From assembly GCA_965207375.1 (NCBI GenBank), contig OZ242274.1, forward strand, positions 2,092,696-2,156,695: a stretch of DNA of 64,000 bases, written 5' to 3'. Made by a program: the position numbers and the translations under genes. The DNA comes from Nitrosopumilaceae archaeon. Lineage in GTDB: Archaea > Thermoproteota > Nitrososphaeria > Nitrososphaerales > Nitrosopumilaceae. How positions within the stretch are numbered: the first letter of the stretch is position 1; the number at the start of each line of letters is the position of its first letter. Shown here in pieces: positions 40,339-50,343 of the stretch. Under the pieces are notes generated by a model. The model saw nothing but the letters and a program-made list of their open reading frames with translations. It did not search any database and was not told the DNA's origin.

Positions 40339-41397
40339 ATGCTAAAGGATGTGCAAAACGCCAGCCAGACAAGGCGTCTGCAGTTAAGCGGAGGTTCCAC
40401 ATATATCGTATCACTGCCCAAAGTCTGGGTTGATGAATTAAAAATCAAGACAGGTCAAAACGTTACAATGGTAAAAAATACAAATCGATCGCTTACCTTA
40501 TTTTCTGAAAATGAGGAACAAACAATCAAGTCAAAAGCAGTAATTAAGACAGGTCAAAAAGATTCTCCAGAATCAATAAAACGAAAAATAATTGCAGCAT
40601 ATCTTGCAGGGTACAAATCAATTCAAATTAAATCAATTGGAATGAGAATACAAACAGCGCACGCAAGGGCAATTCGCACCCTTGTAAGAACCACCATGAT
40701 AGGAACTGAAATAGTAGAATCAAGCTCAGAGACGATAATAATTCAAATTTTGACAAGATTGCCAGAGTTGTCATTTGAAACTGCCCTGAAGAGAATGTAT
40801 CTAATGGCAGTAAACATGCACAAAGAGGCAGTAGAGGCATTTTCTGAAGTAAATATTGCCCACAGTGAGGAAATCATAAACATGGATGACGAGGTGGACA
40901 GATTTAGCCTGTATATGAGGCGAAACTTGGTAATGTCAATTGAAAATGCAAGGGCATTACAGGATATGGGACTGCAAAAAGCATCGGATTGTTTGGGATA
41001 CAGAGCAGTAATTGGTAGGATTGAAAGAATAGCAGATCACGCAGTACTAATTGCAAAGCGAGTAAAGTTTGTTGAAGGAAAAATAGATTCGATAATTTTG
41101 AGAAAAATAACAGTAATCAGTGATCAAGCGTTGCAGGTGTTTGAAAATGCAGTTACAGCATTGGAGAAAAAAGACTATCAGATGGCTGAAATGGTGGCAG
41201 ACGAGGTAAGAGAGGTGGTAGAAAGAGAAAAGACAATAATGTCAAAGGTCAAAGATTCTTCAAAAAATTCAGGCGTCATAAGATTCGTACTAGAAGATAT
41301 TAGAAGAGTGGCAGAGTATTCTAGCGATATTGCAGAGGTGGCAATTGATGAGAACATAGATTCAGTAATTTGTAACAGCGCAGGCCCTAGTTCCTAA
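40339..41397 (+). CDS. Archaeal phosphate-uptake regulator (AbrB + PhoU domains)
   Basis: RRLQLSGGSTYIVSLPKVW AbrB domain, DDEVDRF, ERIADHA. Confidence 0.9.
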   Translation: MLKDVQNASQTRRLQLSGGSTYIVSLPKVWVDELKIKTGQNVTMVKNTNRSLTLFSENEEQTIKSKAVIKTGQKDSPESIKRKIIAAYLAGYKSIQIKSIGMRIQTAHARAIRTLVRTTMIGTEIVESSSETIIIQILTRLPELSFETALKRMYLMAVNMHKEAVEAFSEVNIAHSEEIINMDDEVDRFSLYMRRNLVMSIENARALQDMGLQKASDCLGYRAVIGRIERIADHAVLIAKRVKFVEGKIDSIILRKITVISDQALQVFENAVTALEKKDYQMAEMVADEVREVVEREKTIMSKVKDSSKNSGVIRFVLEDIRRVAEYSSDIAEVAIDENIDSVICNSAGPSS

Positions 41398-41475
41398 AGG
41401 ATTATTATATTCAGAATAGATGTTTTACCTGAAATGGATCTTTATTCTAAAACAGTTCTCAAGTTAGGTACAACA

Positions 41476-41748
41476 CTACAAACTTTCTAGAGAATCCCCA
41501 CATTTTTTTAATCTGATCGGGTATTTTCTGTTTTTTACCGTGATTTTGATGTTTTTTAACATGACAAATGTAGAATGATTCTTGTAACTTTTTGCCAATA
41601 ATGCAAACACAAAATCAGGCACCTTTGAGACGCCGATTTGCTTCAATAGATTTAATGTTTCATCGGTACTGTTCTCAAACTTTTTTTTGATGTGTTCTAC
41701 ATCAAGAGATCTACTTTTTAGTTCAATTAAGGAAACAATAAGTCCAGA
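41476..41748 (-). pseudogene. 5'-truncated gene remnant, PD-(D/E)xK-like (SGLIVSLIELKSRSLDVEHIKKKFENS...IRLKKCGDSLESL*)
   Basis: Hand-translated 90-codon open frame with in-frame TGA immediately upstream and no start codon ahead of the IELKS motif. Confidence 0.5.
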
Positions 41749-41865
41749 TCAACGGTTAGCTCTGACAAATCCAAAAATTTGTGTCGCATCATAAATTCAA
41801 AACCATTTTGAAGATAAAAAAAGATAACTGTTAGTGTTGTTTTGACATTATGATATTAGGCATAT

Positions 41866-42023
41866 TTTGTAGTCAAAAAATAAAACAAAATCTAGTCGTG
41901 ATGTTAACACTTGACTTTTCTGGTATCGGTTAACGTTGTTTTAAATTTATGGTAACTTTAGATACGAAATTACTTTGTCGACAAAAAATAAAAATTTAGG
42001 CGTGACGTTAACACTTGACTTTT
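41866..42023. repeat. Imperfect direct repeat pair (~50 bp; 41866-41919 and 41974-42023)
   Basis: tttgt..caaaaaata..aaaat.tag.cgtga.gttaacacttgactttt in both copies. Confidence 0.8.
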
Positions 42024-42178
42024 TTTGTGATTAAGCGCACTCTAGCTATAACTATGACATGAGAAGAGAAATTTTGAAACCCAGAATCAGTTGATGTTTT
42101 ATTTGAACTATAACGAATATAATAAAAATACATGCAAGCGTTTACTGCAATGTCAATTCAGATAGTCATGAATTAGAG

Positions 42179-43477
42179 CAGTTAACCCACCAGTAGATAA
42201 CAAGTAACGATATTCGTCAAAAAAAATAAACCGAAACAGATCAATAAGGCCCGCCTCTGAAGATTTGATATGAAACAAAACCAAAAGAGGCTGACAATAT
42301 AATGGATAATCCACTCACATATCAAAATATCGCCGCACCTTTGAAGAAATTCATAGAATTGTGCGGCATCATATCAGACCACGACAACAAAGAGCACGAT
42401 GCATCAGATATGACAAAGATAATGACTGGAGCCGCAGCTTTGACTGCATCAGCAGGAGGATATGCAGAAGGCAAGAGAAAAGCAACAGGTACATCTGGAG
42501 GGGATGAATGGGTAAGAAAGGCATTTGCACGTGCAGACCCAGAAACTGTACAAAATGCATTTGATGAGATAATAGAATATCAACTAAATCAGCTCAAAAA
42601 ACTCAAGAATGACAACACTCCAATTATAATGGCATTTGACAAACACCTCATACCAAGATATGATAAAAACCCAGGTCCTGAACTGTTACGTTCCAAAAGC
42701 AAAAAAGGTACATGGAAGTTTGAAGGGTACATCACAGCACAGTGCGTTGACCCAGGACTTAGAATGACTCTAGCTGCATATCCAATCGGTGCAGGCGAGT
42801 CAACTGCTGATTTTGTGCGTAAAATCGTGTATAAATGCCAAAGTTTTGGCATTCCGATCAAATGTGTTTTGATGGACAGGGAGTTTTTTGTAGTTGAGAC
42901 ACTAGATGCAATGGATAAGGCAAAGCAGACCTACATGACTCCATGTAAAAACACGCACAATGTGGTAACAGCACTTGACGAGTTTGACGCAAAGGTTCGT
43001 GATGGAAAATCTGAATGCATACTTGAGAATCATAACAAGGCTGTAAAATATATCATGATGATAGTAAAGCGCACTGCCCGCAAATGTAAACACGGCAAGT
43101 CGTGTCAGGATTGCAAGCCAGAAAAACCAAGTGAAAAATATATTGGATTTGCGGCTAACTCAAACGAACTAGACGTTGCAGCATACATGAAAAGATGGGG
43201 CATTGAAACAGGGTATCGCATGATTGAGGATCTTCGAGTAAAAACCCGCAGTACTCGTCCTGGTGCAAGATTGCTGTGTTTTACAGCATCAATCATACTG
43301 TATAATCAATGGGTGGTAATTAATGCAGAATCTGGTTTTGGATTGAATGACTCTAAATGGTATGGAATTTCATTTGTTACACTTGAGTTTAAAATTGCAA
43401 TGATATACGAATATCAGATCAATCCAAAGCCTCCGCCGGATATTACAGTAGATTCTGCGTTGCTGGTGGGTTAACTG
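42179..43477 (+). mobile_element. ISH3-family insertion sequence, copy 1 (1299 bp)
   Basis: TIR CAGTTAACCCACCAG at both ends; 5-bp TSD TAGAG (42174-42178 / 43478-43482). Confidence 0.95.
42302..43474 (+). CDS. ISH3-family DDE transposase
   Basis: AFDKH, MDREF, YMKRWGIETGYR; stop codon lies inside the right TIR. Confidence 0.92.
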   Translation: MDNPLTYQNIAAPLKKFIELCGIISDHDNKEHDASDMTKIMTGAAALTASAGGYAEGKRKATGTSGGDEWVRKAFARADPETVQNAFDEIIEYQLNQLKKLKNDNTPIIMAFDKHLIPRYDKNPGPELLRSKSKKGTWKFEGYITAQCVDPGLRMTLAAYPIGAGESTADFVRKIVYKCQSFGIPIKCVLMDREFFVVETLDAMDKAKQTYMTPCKNTHNVVTALDEFDAKVRDGKSECILENHNKAVKYIMMIVKRTARKCKHGKSCQDCKPEKPSEKYIGFAANSNELDVAAYMKRWGIETGYRMIEDLRVKTRSTRPGARLLCFTASIILYNQWVVINAESGFGLNDSKWYGISFVTLEFKIAMIYEYQINPKPPPDITVDSALLVG

Positions 43478-43659
43478 TAGAGGCAGAAGGATTGAAATTA
43501 TCCAAAATACTAATTTTTTAGATTTGTTTATGATTCCAGTGTGGAACTATAAGAGAATGATCACTTGCCGTGTATGTTACAATATCATCAAGTTGACTAC
43601 ATCACAGCTGTGTACAGTGTGAAATAATTAAAAATAAAAATTGGAAAATAGAGTTGAAG

Positions 43660-44973
43660 TTATACCTTGAGGATGCCCTGTGAAATCAGAAATTGCAGAC
43701 CGTTGATGTAATCTTGATCAGTTATCAGTCCATCAGCCCACAATCTTGCGTTCTCTTTTATCCAGTTTGGAATTTTATAGCTAGTTGCAGTATCAGATGG
43801 AACCATCTGATTTTCTTGCATCATAGTTTCAAAGGATGTACAGGGTATATCTTTTGCATTATCATAGTCAAATACTGACTGACCATCATATGTGACTCGT
43901 GCTAAACCTTGCTTTCCTATCTCAGTTACACTTTCAGGTATTGGCACATACAACAAACTAGAAGAGTGCTTTTGTCCGTCAGTAATCATCCAGTGTATCA
44001 TGTGGACTATGGTGTCAGCCAGATCCTTGTTTCCCTTTACTGTTTTGTCAAGTTCTTCATACAGTAGCAAGTAGGTAAAACTTGCAATCGGATACGAATT
44101 TGCTCCGGGAGCATTAACTATTGTTACCTTACTCCAATCACAATGAGCGGCAGGTAAGAAATCAACAGTGCCTGCAGATGCAGCAGATAGTGTCTTCAAT
44201 GTTGGGGGGACAAATGCAGTTCCGTCACCGTTTTGAACATGTACAAAATTCATGTTGTTTTGGAATGCATATGCTAACTCAATGTATCCAATTGAATACG
44301 GAGTCGAACGAACGTGAAGTGTTACACCTTCGTTACCTTTGCCACCTATACCCTGTGGCCATTGAACACTCTTTCCTTTTCCTATTTCTTTTTCAAATTC
44401 TGGACTTGTAGTAGACAGATAGTCGGTGAAGATAAACGTCGTACCAGAACCATCAGAACGATATACCTGAACTATATCCTCATCTGGTAAATCAAGATCA
44501 GGATTGATAGCTACAATTTGAGGATCATTCCATTTGGTGATTTTATCCAAAAAGATATCTGCAATAATCTCACCGGTTAACTGTAGGCCGCTTTGTGGCA
44601 CTTCGGGCAAATTGTATGCAATTACTACCCCACCGATTGCTTCAGGAATATGCAATGTTTTAGGAGCTTGTTTTGCTTCACTGCCTAATGGCTTGTCTGA
44701 TGCGGCAAAATTAACGGTTTTCTCAATGTGTTGTCTGATTCCGCCACCACTTCCAATGGACTGATAGTTTAGATTTACATTATCAAACTCGTTTTTGTAT
44801 TCTACCCTCCATAGATCAATTAATGGGAATGGAAATGATGCACCTGCGCCTATGACACTGAAATCCTTTTCAGGATCAGGTGGTGAAGGAGCAGATTCGG
44901 CATTCACACTCGGAGGCAGGACTGCTAGCAATACAGTCATAGCAAGTATGGCTGTGAGTTTTTGTCTCGTCAT
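43660..44973 (-). CDS. pstS: Phosphate-binding protein PstS with C-terminal IPxWIK envelope-anchor-like repeat
   Basis: GAGASFP, YQSIGSGGG, RSDGSGTT, YPIASFTY; tail IPNWIKENARLWADGLITDQDYINGLQFLI. Confidence 0.95.
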   Translation of the reverse strand: MTRQKLTAILAMTVLLAVLPPSVNAESAPSPPDPEKDFSVIGAGASFPFPLIDLWRVEYKNEFDNVNLNYQSIGSGGGIRQHIEKTVNFAASDKPLGSEAKQAPKTLHIPEAIGGVVIAYNLPEVPQSGLQLTGEIIADIFLDKITKWNDPQIVAINPDLDLPDEDIVQVYRSDGSGTTFIFTDYLSTTSPEFEKEIGKGKSVQWPQGIGGKGNEGVTLHVRSTPYSIGYIELAYAFQNNMNFVHVQNGDGTAFVPPTLKTLSAASAGTVDFLPAAHCDWSKVTIVNAPGANSYPIASFTYLLLYEELDKTVKGNKDLADTIVHMIHWMITDGQKHSSSLLYVPIPESVTEIGKQGLARVTYDGQSVFDYDNAKDIPCTSFETMMQENQMVPSDTATSYKIPNWIKENARLWADGLITDQDYINGLQFLISQGILKV

Positions 44974-45061
44974 TAAAAATTCACAAGAAATATTGCATAT
45001 ACGGATTACAATAATAGATTACGAAATAACATGATCAACACAGTTACTATATAGTTGGCCT

Positions 45062-46495
45062 TTATGACTCACAGTTTGAGATTAGATCCGCACCTATAGT
45101 ATCTGCTGCAATACAAACATCATTATCACTGCCGCCATCAATAGAATCCAAGCCGTAATTTCCATAAATGGTGTCATTTCCTGCAGAACCCTTTAGGATG
45201 TCGTTTCCTTTATCGCCAAAGATTCCATCAGAGCCATCATTGCCAAAAATAATGTCATCGCCGTCTCCACCAAATATACAGTCATTGCCCCCATATCCAG
45301 ATACAATGTCATTTCCACCCAATGCAAATATCAGGTCAGCAGAATCGGTTCCCTCAATAATGTCGTTTCCCTCAGTACCTGTAATCACATTGTAAGAGTC
45401 AAGAGACAGACCACATGCATCAAATCTTACCGCTGTTGTATCATCGGGTCTTGGTGTCTCAGGTGTAACATCAGATTCATTTTCGATATATTCTGGAGCC
45501 GTCTCGGGTTTGTCCTCAACAGATTCTACAGCCGCCTTAGAGTCAACAGATGACTTGTCAACAAATGGAGTGTTGAATTTGAATATCTTGTGTCCAAGCA
45601 AATCAACTGCATGCAGATGTCCTGTCTCACTTAACATGATGTCGTTACCAGAGCTTAAAAAGTCTCCAAAGGGCCCTAGACGTTCATGAACCATCAATGT
45701 CGTATGAGTATCTTGTTCCAAATGCAAAATTCTGTCATCAATGGAATTTAGAATAAACAAAGAATCATCAGGTCCGAGGGCAACAGAGATTGGGGCAAAT
45801 GCCCAGCCGTTTGCATAAAATTTTATAGTATCAAGAAGATTTCCGTTAGAATCAAACTTTTCTATTTTGCCATTTCCTTTATCGGCAGCATATACATTTC
45901 CTTGAGAATCAACAGAGACATCAGACAGGTGCAAAAATTCCCCGTTGTCCTTGCCTGCTGTTCCAAAAGAGGATATAAAGATGCCATTATGAGAAAATGC
46001 CTGAATTCTTTGATTTCCAGAATCAGCCACATATACGGTACCATTAATTCCAACGGCAACAGAGGTGGGAAAGTAAAATTTACCATCATCTGTTCCGCGT
46101 TCTCCCCATTGAGAGATATATTTCCCATTTAGATCAAATACCTGAATACGATTCAGGTCACGATCCACAACATATACAAGGTTTTGATTAATTGCAATTC
46201 CTGCAGGCTCGTGAAACTCTCCTGGTCCGGTGCCACTGCGTCCCCACTGGTCAAGATAGACTCCTTCTGAAGCAAATTTTTGTACGCGCTTGTTTCCCAA
46301 ATCAGTTACATACAAGTTTCCTTCTGAATCTTCTGCTATGTGTTGGGGATGAGACATTCTGCCTTCGTAAAGTATTCCAAACCTTCCAAAAGTATCAACA
46401 TGTTCGTAATTAAATACTGCATATGATGCAGGAGTTATGCTGCCTGCTAGCAAAATTCCAAAGATTATAGCAATTATAGGAGTTGCAGCCCTCAA
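45062..46495 (-). CDS. Secreted NHL-repeat beta-propeller with C-terminal RTX-type Ca-binding repeats
   Basis: Signal peptide, repeated YVxDxxNxRIQxF, GGND/GDGDD/GSAGND nonapeptides. Confidence 0.87.
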   Translation of the reverse strand: MRAATPIIAIIFGILLAGSITPASYAVFNYEHVDTFGRFGILYEGRMSHPQHIAEDSEGNLYVTDLGNKRVQKFASEGVYLDQWGRSGTGPGEFHEPAGIAINQNLVYVVDRDLNRIQVFDLNGKYISQWGERGTDDGKFYFPTSVAVGINGTVYVADSGNQRIQAFSHNGIFISSFGTAGKDNGEFLHLSDVSVDSQGNVYAADKGNGKIEKFDSNGNLLDTIKFYANGWAFAPISVALGPDDSLFILNSIDDRILHLEQDTHTTLMVHERLGPFGDFLSSGNDIMLSETGHLHAVDLLGHKIFKFNTPFVDKSSVDSKAAVESVEDKPETAPEYIENESDVTPETPRPDDTTAVRFDACGLSLDSYNVITGTEGNDIIEGTDSADLIFALGGNDIVSGYGGNDCIFGGDGDDIIFGNDGSDGIFGDKGNDILKGSAGNDTIYGNYGLDSIDGGSDNDVCIAADTIGADLISNCES

Positions 46496-46703
46496 TGATG
46501 TATAGTTTCAAAGTTTAAGGAATACCACAAAAGTTAGTATTTGTTGTGTTTTTAGTCAAATTTCTAGTCAGCTTCAGAAAGGTTGTCTTTGGGTACCATG
46601 TCCAAAATACCATCAAAGTTCTAGGCTTTGAAAATACTAGAACTAGTCATTACGTCCTCTGGATCAAAACCTGTCTTTGGCAAGATTCCTGTGAACATGC
46701 GTT

Positions 46704-47480
46704 TTAGAAGGGCTTGTTGACTTCACGCGTAAAGACATAGCTTGCAATCAAAACCATAGTCAGAACAAATGCGGCAATTACGCCTATGCTCAATACAGCA
46801 GAGACGCCTTCGTTTATTCCAGTCATCATGCCACGAACCAGCAGTACAGTGTAGGTAACAGGATTAAGTCTAGCCAACGTCTCCAACCAGTTAGGTAGTA
46901 GTTCCAATGGAAACAGAGCAGGGCTTAACATGAATAGCGGCATTCCAAGAAAATTTATCATGCCCCAAAAGGTTTCCTGAGATTTTGCAGTGGCAGCTAT
47001 TGTAACAGAAATGCCAGAGAAACCCAGTGAAAATAAAATAACTATTGCCATTATAGGTGCAATCATCAACGGATTTGGAAAGTTGACGCCTATAGCTAGA
47101 GCAATTCCCAAAATCAGACTTGCTTGCAAGGCAGCAATCAAGGAAATTGCAAGCATCTTTCCTAGTGCCAAAGATGACCTAGATATTGGAGAGGTCAGTG
47201 CTTTATTCATGAATCCGTATCTTCGGTCCCATAACGTGTTGACACCGCCAAAGATGCTTGTAAAAATCGCAGTTAAAATTATAACACCTGGCGCCATAAA
47301 CTCAATGTATTCGCCCTCAAAACCCACAGATTGAATCAGTGGTTGAGTTCCTGCAAAGGTATTTCCGATAACTATTATCCAGACGGCAGGCTGGATTAAT
47401 CTGATCAAAACGCCGCTGCGGGATTTTTTGTAGCGTTTCATTTCCCGCCAGAATATTGCATATGTATCAGAAAGAATCAT
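46704..47480 (-). CDS. ABC-2 type exporter permease
   Basis: FMAPG, DRRYGF, LFPLELLP, NPVTY. Confidence 0.9.
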   Translation of the reverse strand: MILSDTYAIFWREMKRYKKSRSGVLIRLIQPAVWIIVIGNTFAGTQPLIQSVGFEGEYIEFMAPGVIILTAIFTSIFGGVNTLWDRRYGFMNKALTSPISRSSLALGKMLAISLIAALQASLILGIALAIGVNFPNPLMIAPIMAIVILFSLGFSGISVTIAATAKSQETFWGMINFLGMPLFMLSPALFPLELLPNWLETLARLNPVTYTVLLVRGMMTGINEGVSAVLSIGVIAAFVLTMVLIASYVFTREVNKPF

Positions 47481-48466
47481 GCGCGTAGCCTCTTGATTTT
47501 TGCGTGTTCCCTTTTGCGATTAAAGTCGCCCCCATCACGTAATTCGTGTCCAGTATAGGAAAGAAAAACGTCATCTAATGTAGGTCGAGTCAGTGAAATT
47601 GAGTCGATTCTAACTCCACAGTCTGCTGAAATTTGAAATATTTTAGGAATGACTCGGGCACCGTTTGCAGTAAAAACTGCAATTTTTTCATTTTGTATTT
47701 TGATGTCTTTGACATCATCTAGTTTTTTGATTCTAGACAGGAGACTCTGAGGCTCTGAATCAATAGTCAGGTGAATTATTTCCTGCCCCAATGCACTTTT
47801 CATAGATTTTGGAGTATCAATTGCCTGAATTTTTCCGTGATCAACTATACCTATGCGGTCGCAGAGCTGATCTGCCTCCTCCATATAGTGGGTGGAGAGA
47901 AGGATGCTCATTTTGTACTCTTTGTGAATTTCTCTAATGTACTTCCAGATTTTTCGCCTGGTCTGTATGTCTAGTCCTACTGTTGGCTCGTCTAAAAATA
48001 GGACGCTCGGCCTGTGAAGCAGTCCGCCTGCAATGTCAAGACGTTTTCTCATGCCGCCAGAATAGGTAATTACTGCATCATCTTGTTTATCGGTCAGTTC
48101 AATTAAATCCAAAATTTCATCGATTCTGCTGCCGATTATCTTTTTTTCAATATGGTTTAGTTTTGCTTGCAACAATAAATTTTCCCGACCTGTAAGGTAT
48201 TCATCTACGGTTGTTTCTTGTTGTACATATCCAATGTGCTGCCTGACTTTTTTTGCATCACGTGTAACATCATAACCTGCAACTAGGGCCTGACCCGATG
48301 TTGGCTTTAACAGAGTGGTAAGAATCATCATGGTTGTACTTTTGCCTGCGCCGTTTGGTCCCAAAAATCCAAAGATTTCAGACTCTGCGATCTTGAGAGA
48401 GATGTTATCTACTGCTAAGACACCTCCAAATGATTTTGTCAGGGAACGTGTCTCTATTGAGTTCAA
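47477..48466 (-). CDS. ABC exporter ATPase (DrrA-like)
   Basis: GPNGAGKST, YSGGMRKRL, LDEPTVGLD, THYMEEA, PTLDDVF. Confidence 0.92.
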   Translation of the reverse strand: MNSIETRSLTKSFGGVLAVDNISLKIAESEIFGFLGPNGAGKSTTMMILTTLLKPTSGQALVAGYDVTRDAKKVRQHIGYVQQETTVDEYLTGRENLLLQAKLNHIEKKIIGSRIDEILDLIELTDKQDDAVITYSGGMRKRLDIAGGLLHRPSVLFLDEPTVGLDIQTRRKIWKYIREIHKEYKMSILLSTHYMEEADQLCDRIGIVDHGKIQAIDTPKSMKSALGQEIIHLTIDSEPQSLLSRIKKLDDVKDIKIQNEKIAVFTANGARVIPKIFQISADCGVRIDSISLTRPTLDDVFLSYTGHELRDGGDFNRKREHAKIKRLRA

Positions 48467-48568
48467 TAAAATTAAAAGATTTTTTCAATTATAAATTGCT
48501 AACATTTGATTTCAGTCACGATGTATAAACATCATAAAAAATTTAAATTCAAAGTTTGAAGAGTCATT

Positions 48569-48664
48569 ATGAAGGCGCTGTGTCACAGGTGTAACGTATC
48601 AAATGTAAAAGTCGAGATAATAGACGGAATTCCGATCTGCAAAAAATGTCTGGAAAATAAATAA
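48569..48664 (+). CDS. 31-aa Zn-finger microprotein (MKALCHRCNVSNVKVEIIDGIPICKKCLENK)
   Basis: Hand-translated; ATG, two CxxC motifs, TTTAAA 27 bp upstream. Confidence 0.75.
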   Translation: MKALCHRCNVSNVKVEIIDGIPICKKCLENK

Positions 48665-48687
48665 AAAAGGTTTGAAAAACACGGAAT

Positions 48688-49140
48688 TTATTCCAGTGTT
48701 TTGTATTCCTCTTTTGTGAGTTTTAAAATGATTTTTTCACCTACACCCCAAATTTCAGATTTGGAAACGATTTTGGAATGAACTAGGCCATCTTTGACCT
48801 CAATTGATTCCAGATCTCCGGTTTGTGGATTTTTGTGGAGTTTTTTTACTTTGCCGATTTTGTGACCGTCAATGTCAACTACTCCCACATGAATACGCAC
48901 AGGTGAGGTGCTCAAAAGAAGTGTCTCTTCGGTGAATTTGTCAATGTAGCTGTCATTCAAAAAGTAATCCCTATTGAATCCCTGATGAATTGTTACTCCT
49001 GACACCTTTAGAGTGTCCTGATGGATGTGAATGTGCTTTACTGTGCCGTATTTGATGCCTTCACGGTCAACTACGCGCTTGCCGGTAAAGGTATCGGCGG
49101 TGGCCATCTTAGATGAGACGCCTGCTAGTTTTGTAGACAT
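48688..49140 (-). CDS. Tandem PRC-barrel protein
   Basis: GKRVVDREGIKYGTV and GVVDIDGHKIGKV repeats; start uncertain (49140 or 49107; ORF track extends to 49194). Confidence 0.8.
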   Translation of the reverse strand: MSTKLAGVSSKMATADTFTGKRVVDREGIKYGTVKHIHIHQDTLKVSGVTIHQGFNRDYFLNDSYIDKFTEETLLLSTSPVRIHVGVVDIDGHKIGKVKKLHKNPQTGDLESIEVKDGLVHSKIVSKSEIWGVGEKIILKLTKEEYKTLE

Positions 49141-49222
49141 GATATCAAATGCAGGAATTTGTTTATGATATACAATATCAGAAATTTCTAGCAATGGGGT
49201 TAAATTACTTGATCAACGGATT

Positions 49223-49552
49223 TTGAGTGTGAAAAACAATTCTACGTTTATTGCTGTGCTGACAACTAGGGGTAGAATTTCAGGCAAAAAGCATTCAAAA
49301 ATGCTAAAGGCTGTAAAATACAAGGATAAAATATACTTTTCAAGACACAGACCTGACAGTGACTGGTTCAAAAATGTAATGCAAAATAGACAAGTTACAG
49401 TTGAGATTAACGGCAAAAAAACAGATGGGATTGCTGTACCGGTACATGATGAAAAACTATCACAAAAGATTTCAGAGTTAAAATACCCAGATCAATCCAG
49501 GGCAAAAGAGAAAAGAGTTGTCATAAAGGTTACACTATATGAACAATTGTAG
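49223..49552 (+). CDS. Split-barrel F420/flavin-binding (deazaflavin nitroreductase-like) protein
   Basis: LTTRGRISGK, SDWFKNV..N..VTVEI. Confidence 0.75.
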   Translation: MSVKNNSTFIAVLTTRGRISGKKHSKMLKAVKYKDKIYFSRHRPDSDWFKNVMQNRQVTVEINGKKTDGIAVPVHDEKLSQKISELKYPDQSRAKEKRVVIKVTLYEQL

Positions 49553-50177
49553 TAACGCCGCGTTTATCGTATTCGTTTCCATTTTCAACCTCTATTATAG
49601 TAACAGTAAATGAAATGACGTCGCGCTGTACTGCGTTTTCAGCATGTAATTTGAGATGAATGTCCAGAGTTTCATATTCTCCGGTAGGCAATTGTGTCTC
49701 GTCCAAAAATGCCTTACATGTTGATTCAATTCTGAATCTGTCATCCTTGAAATGAAATCCCAGTTTTGTTTTTCGCCCTTGTCTGCTTACGGCTTTGACA
49801 TTTACATCAATTAGGCCCTGTTTTGCAAAGGTGTAGCTGGATTTGTTATTTATGAAAACTCCAATTTGAAATGGCTTGCCAGCTGTAGATTCTGCCATTT
49901 TTTGAATGCCGTCATTCATCACAACATCTATGGATTTAATTGATGTTGCCACCTTGGCAATCCACTCATTAGATCGTATTATTGTAGCATCGATTTCGGC
50001 CCTGCGTTTTTTGTCTTCTGCTTCTGGTAACTGGTAATAATCAACCCATGCCTTGTAATCATTGGAGATTTCTTCTATAAAATCAATGCATGTGCGCTTG
50101 TAGTCATCAGGATTATCGGTACGTTCTTCATCCTCACGCATACCGTCATAGTCCATAGGCATTGCCATATGTTCCAA
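49530..50177 (-). CDS. Hypothetical protein
   Basis: 215-aa ORF, no recognised motif. Confidence 0.6.
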   Translation of the reverse strand: MEHMAMPMDYDGMREDEERTDNPDDYKRTCIDFIEEISNDYKAWVDYYQLPEAEDKKRRAEIDATIIRSNEWIAKVATSIKSIDVVMNDGIQKMAESTAGKPFQIGVFINNKSSYTFAKQGLIDVNVKAVSRQGRKTKLGFHFKDDRFRIESTCKAFLDETQLPTGEYETLDIHLKLHAENAVQRDVISFTVTIIEVENGNEYDKRGVTTIVHIV

Positions 50178-50343
50178 AAATAGGCCTGATAAAAAAATCT
50201 AATCTCAAGGTACAATGGATAAATGCCCATCTATGTAAATTTCCGGGATCGCAGGATAAATTATCTACACCGCCAAACTTAATTTCAGAGAACTTTTACT
50301 ATATCATCTTTATTAGCATGTTTTACCTGAATATGCAATAACT

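Noticed and set aside
43530-43622. Small ORF MIPVWNYKRMITCRVC...LCTV-TGA, possible Sec or degenerate Zn finger
   Set aside because: Short, no SECIS seen, and selenocysteine is not known in this lineage; may be chance
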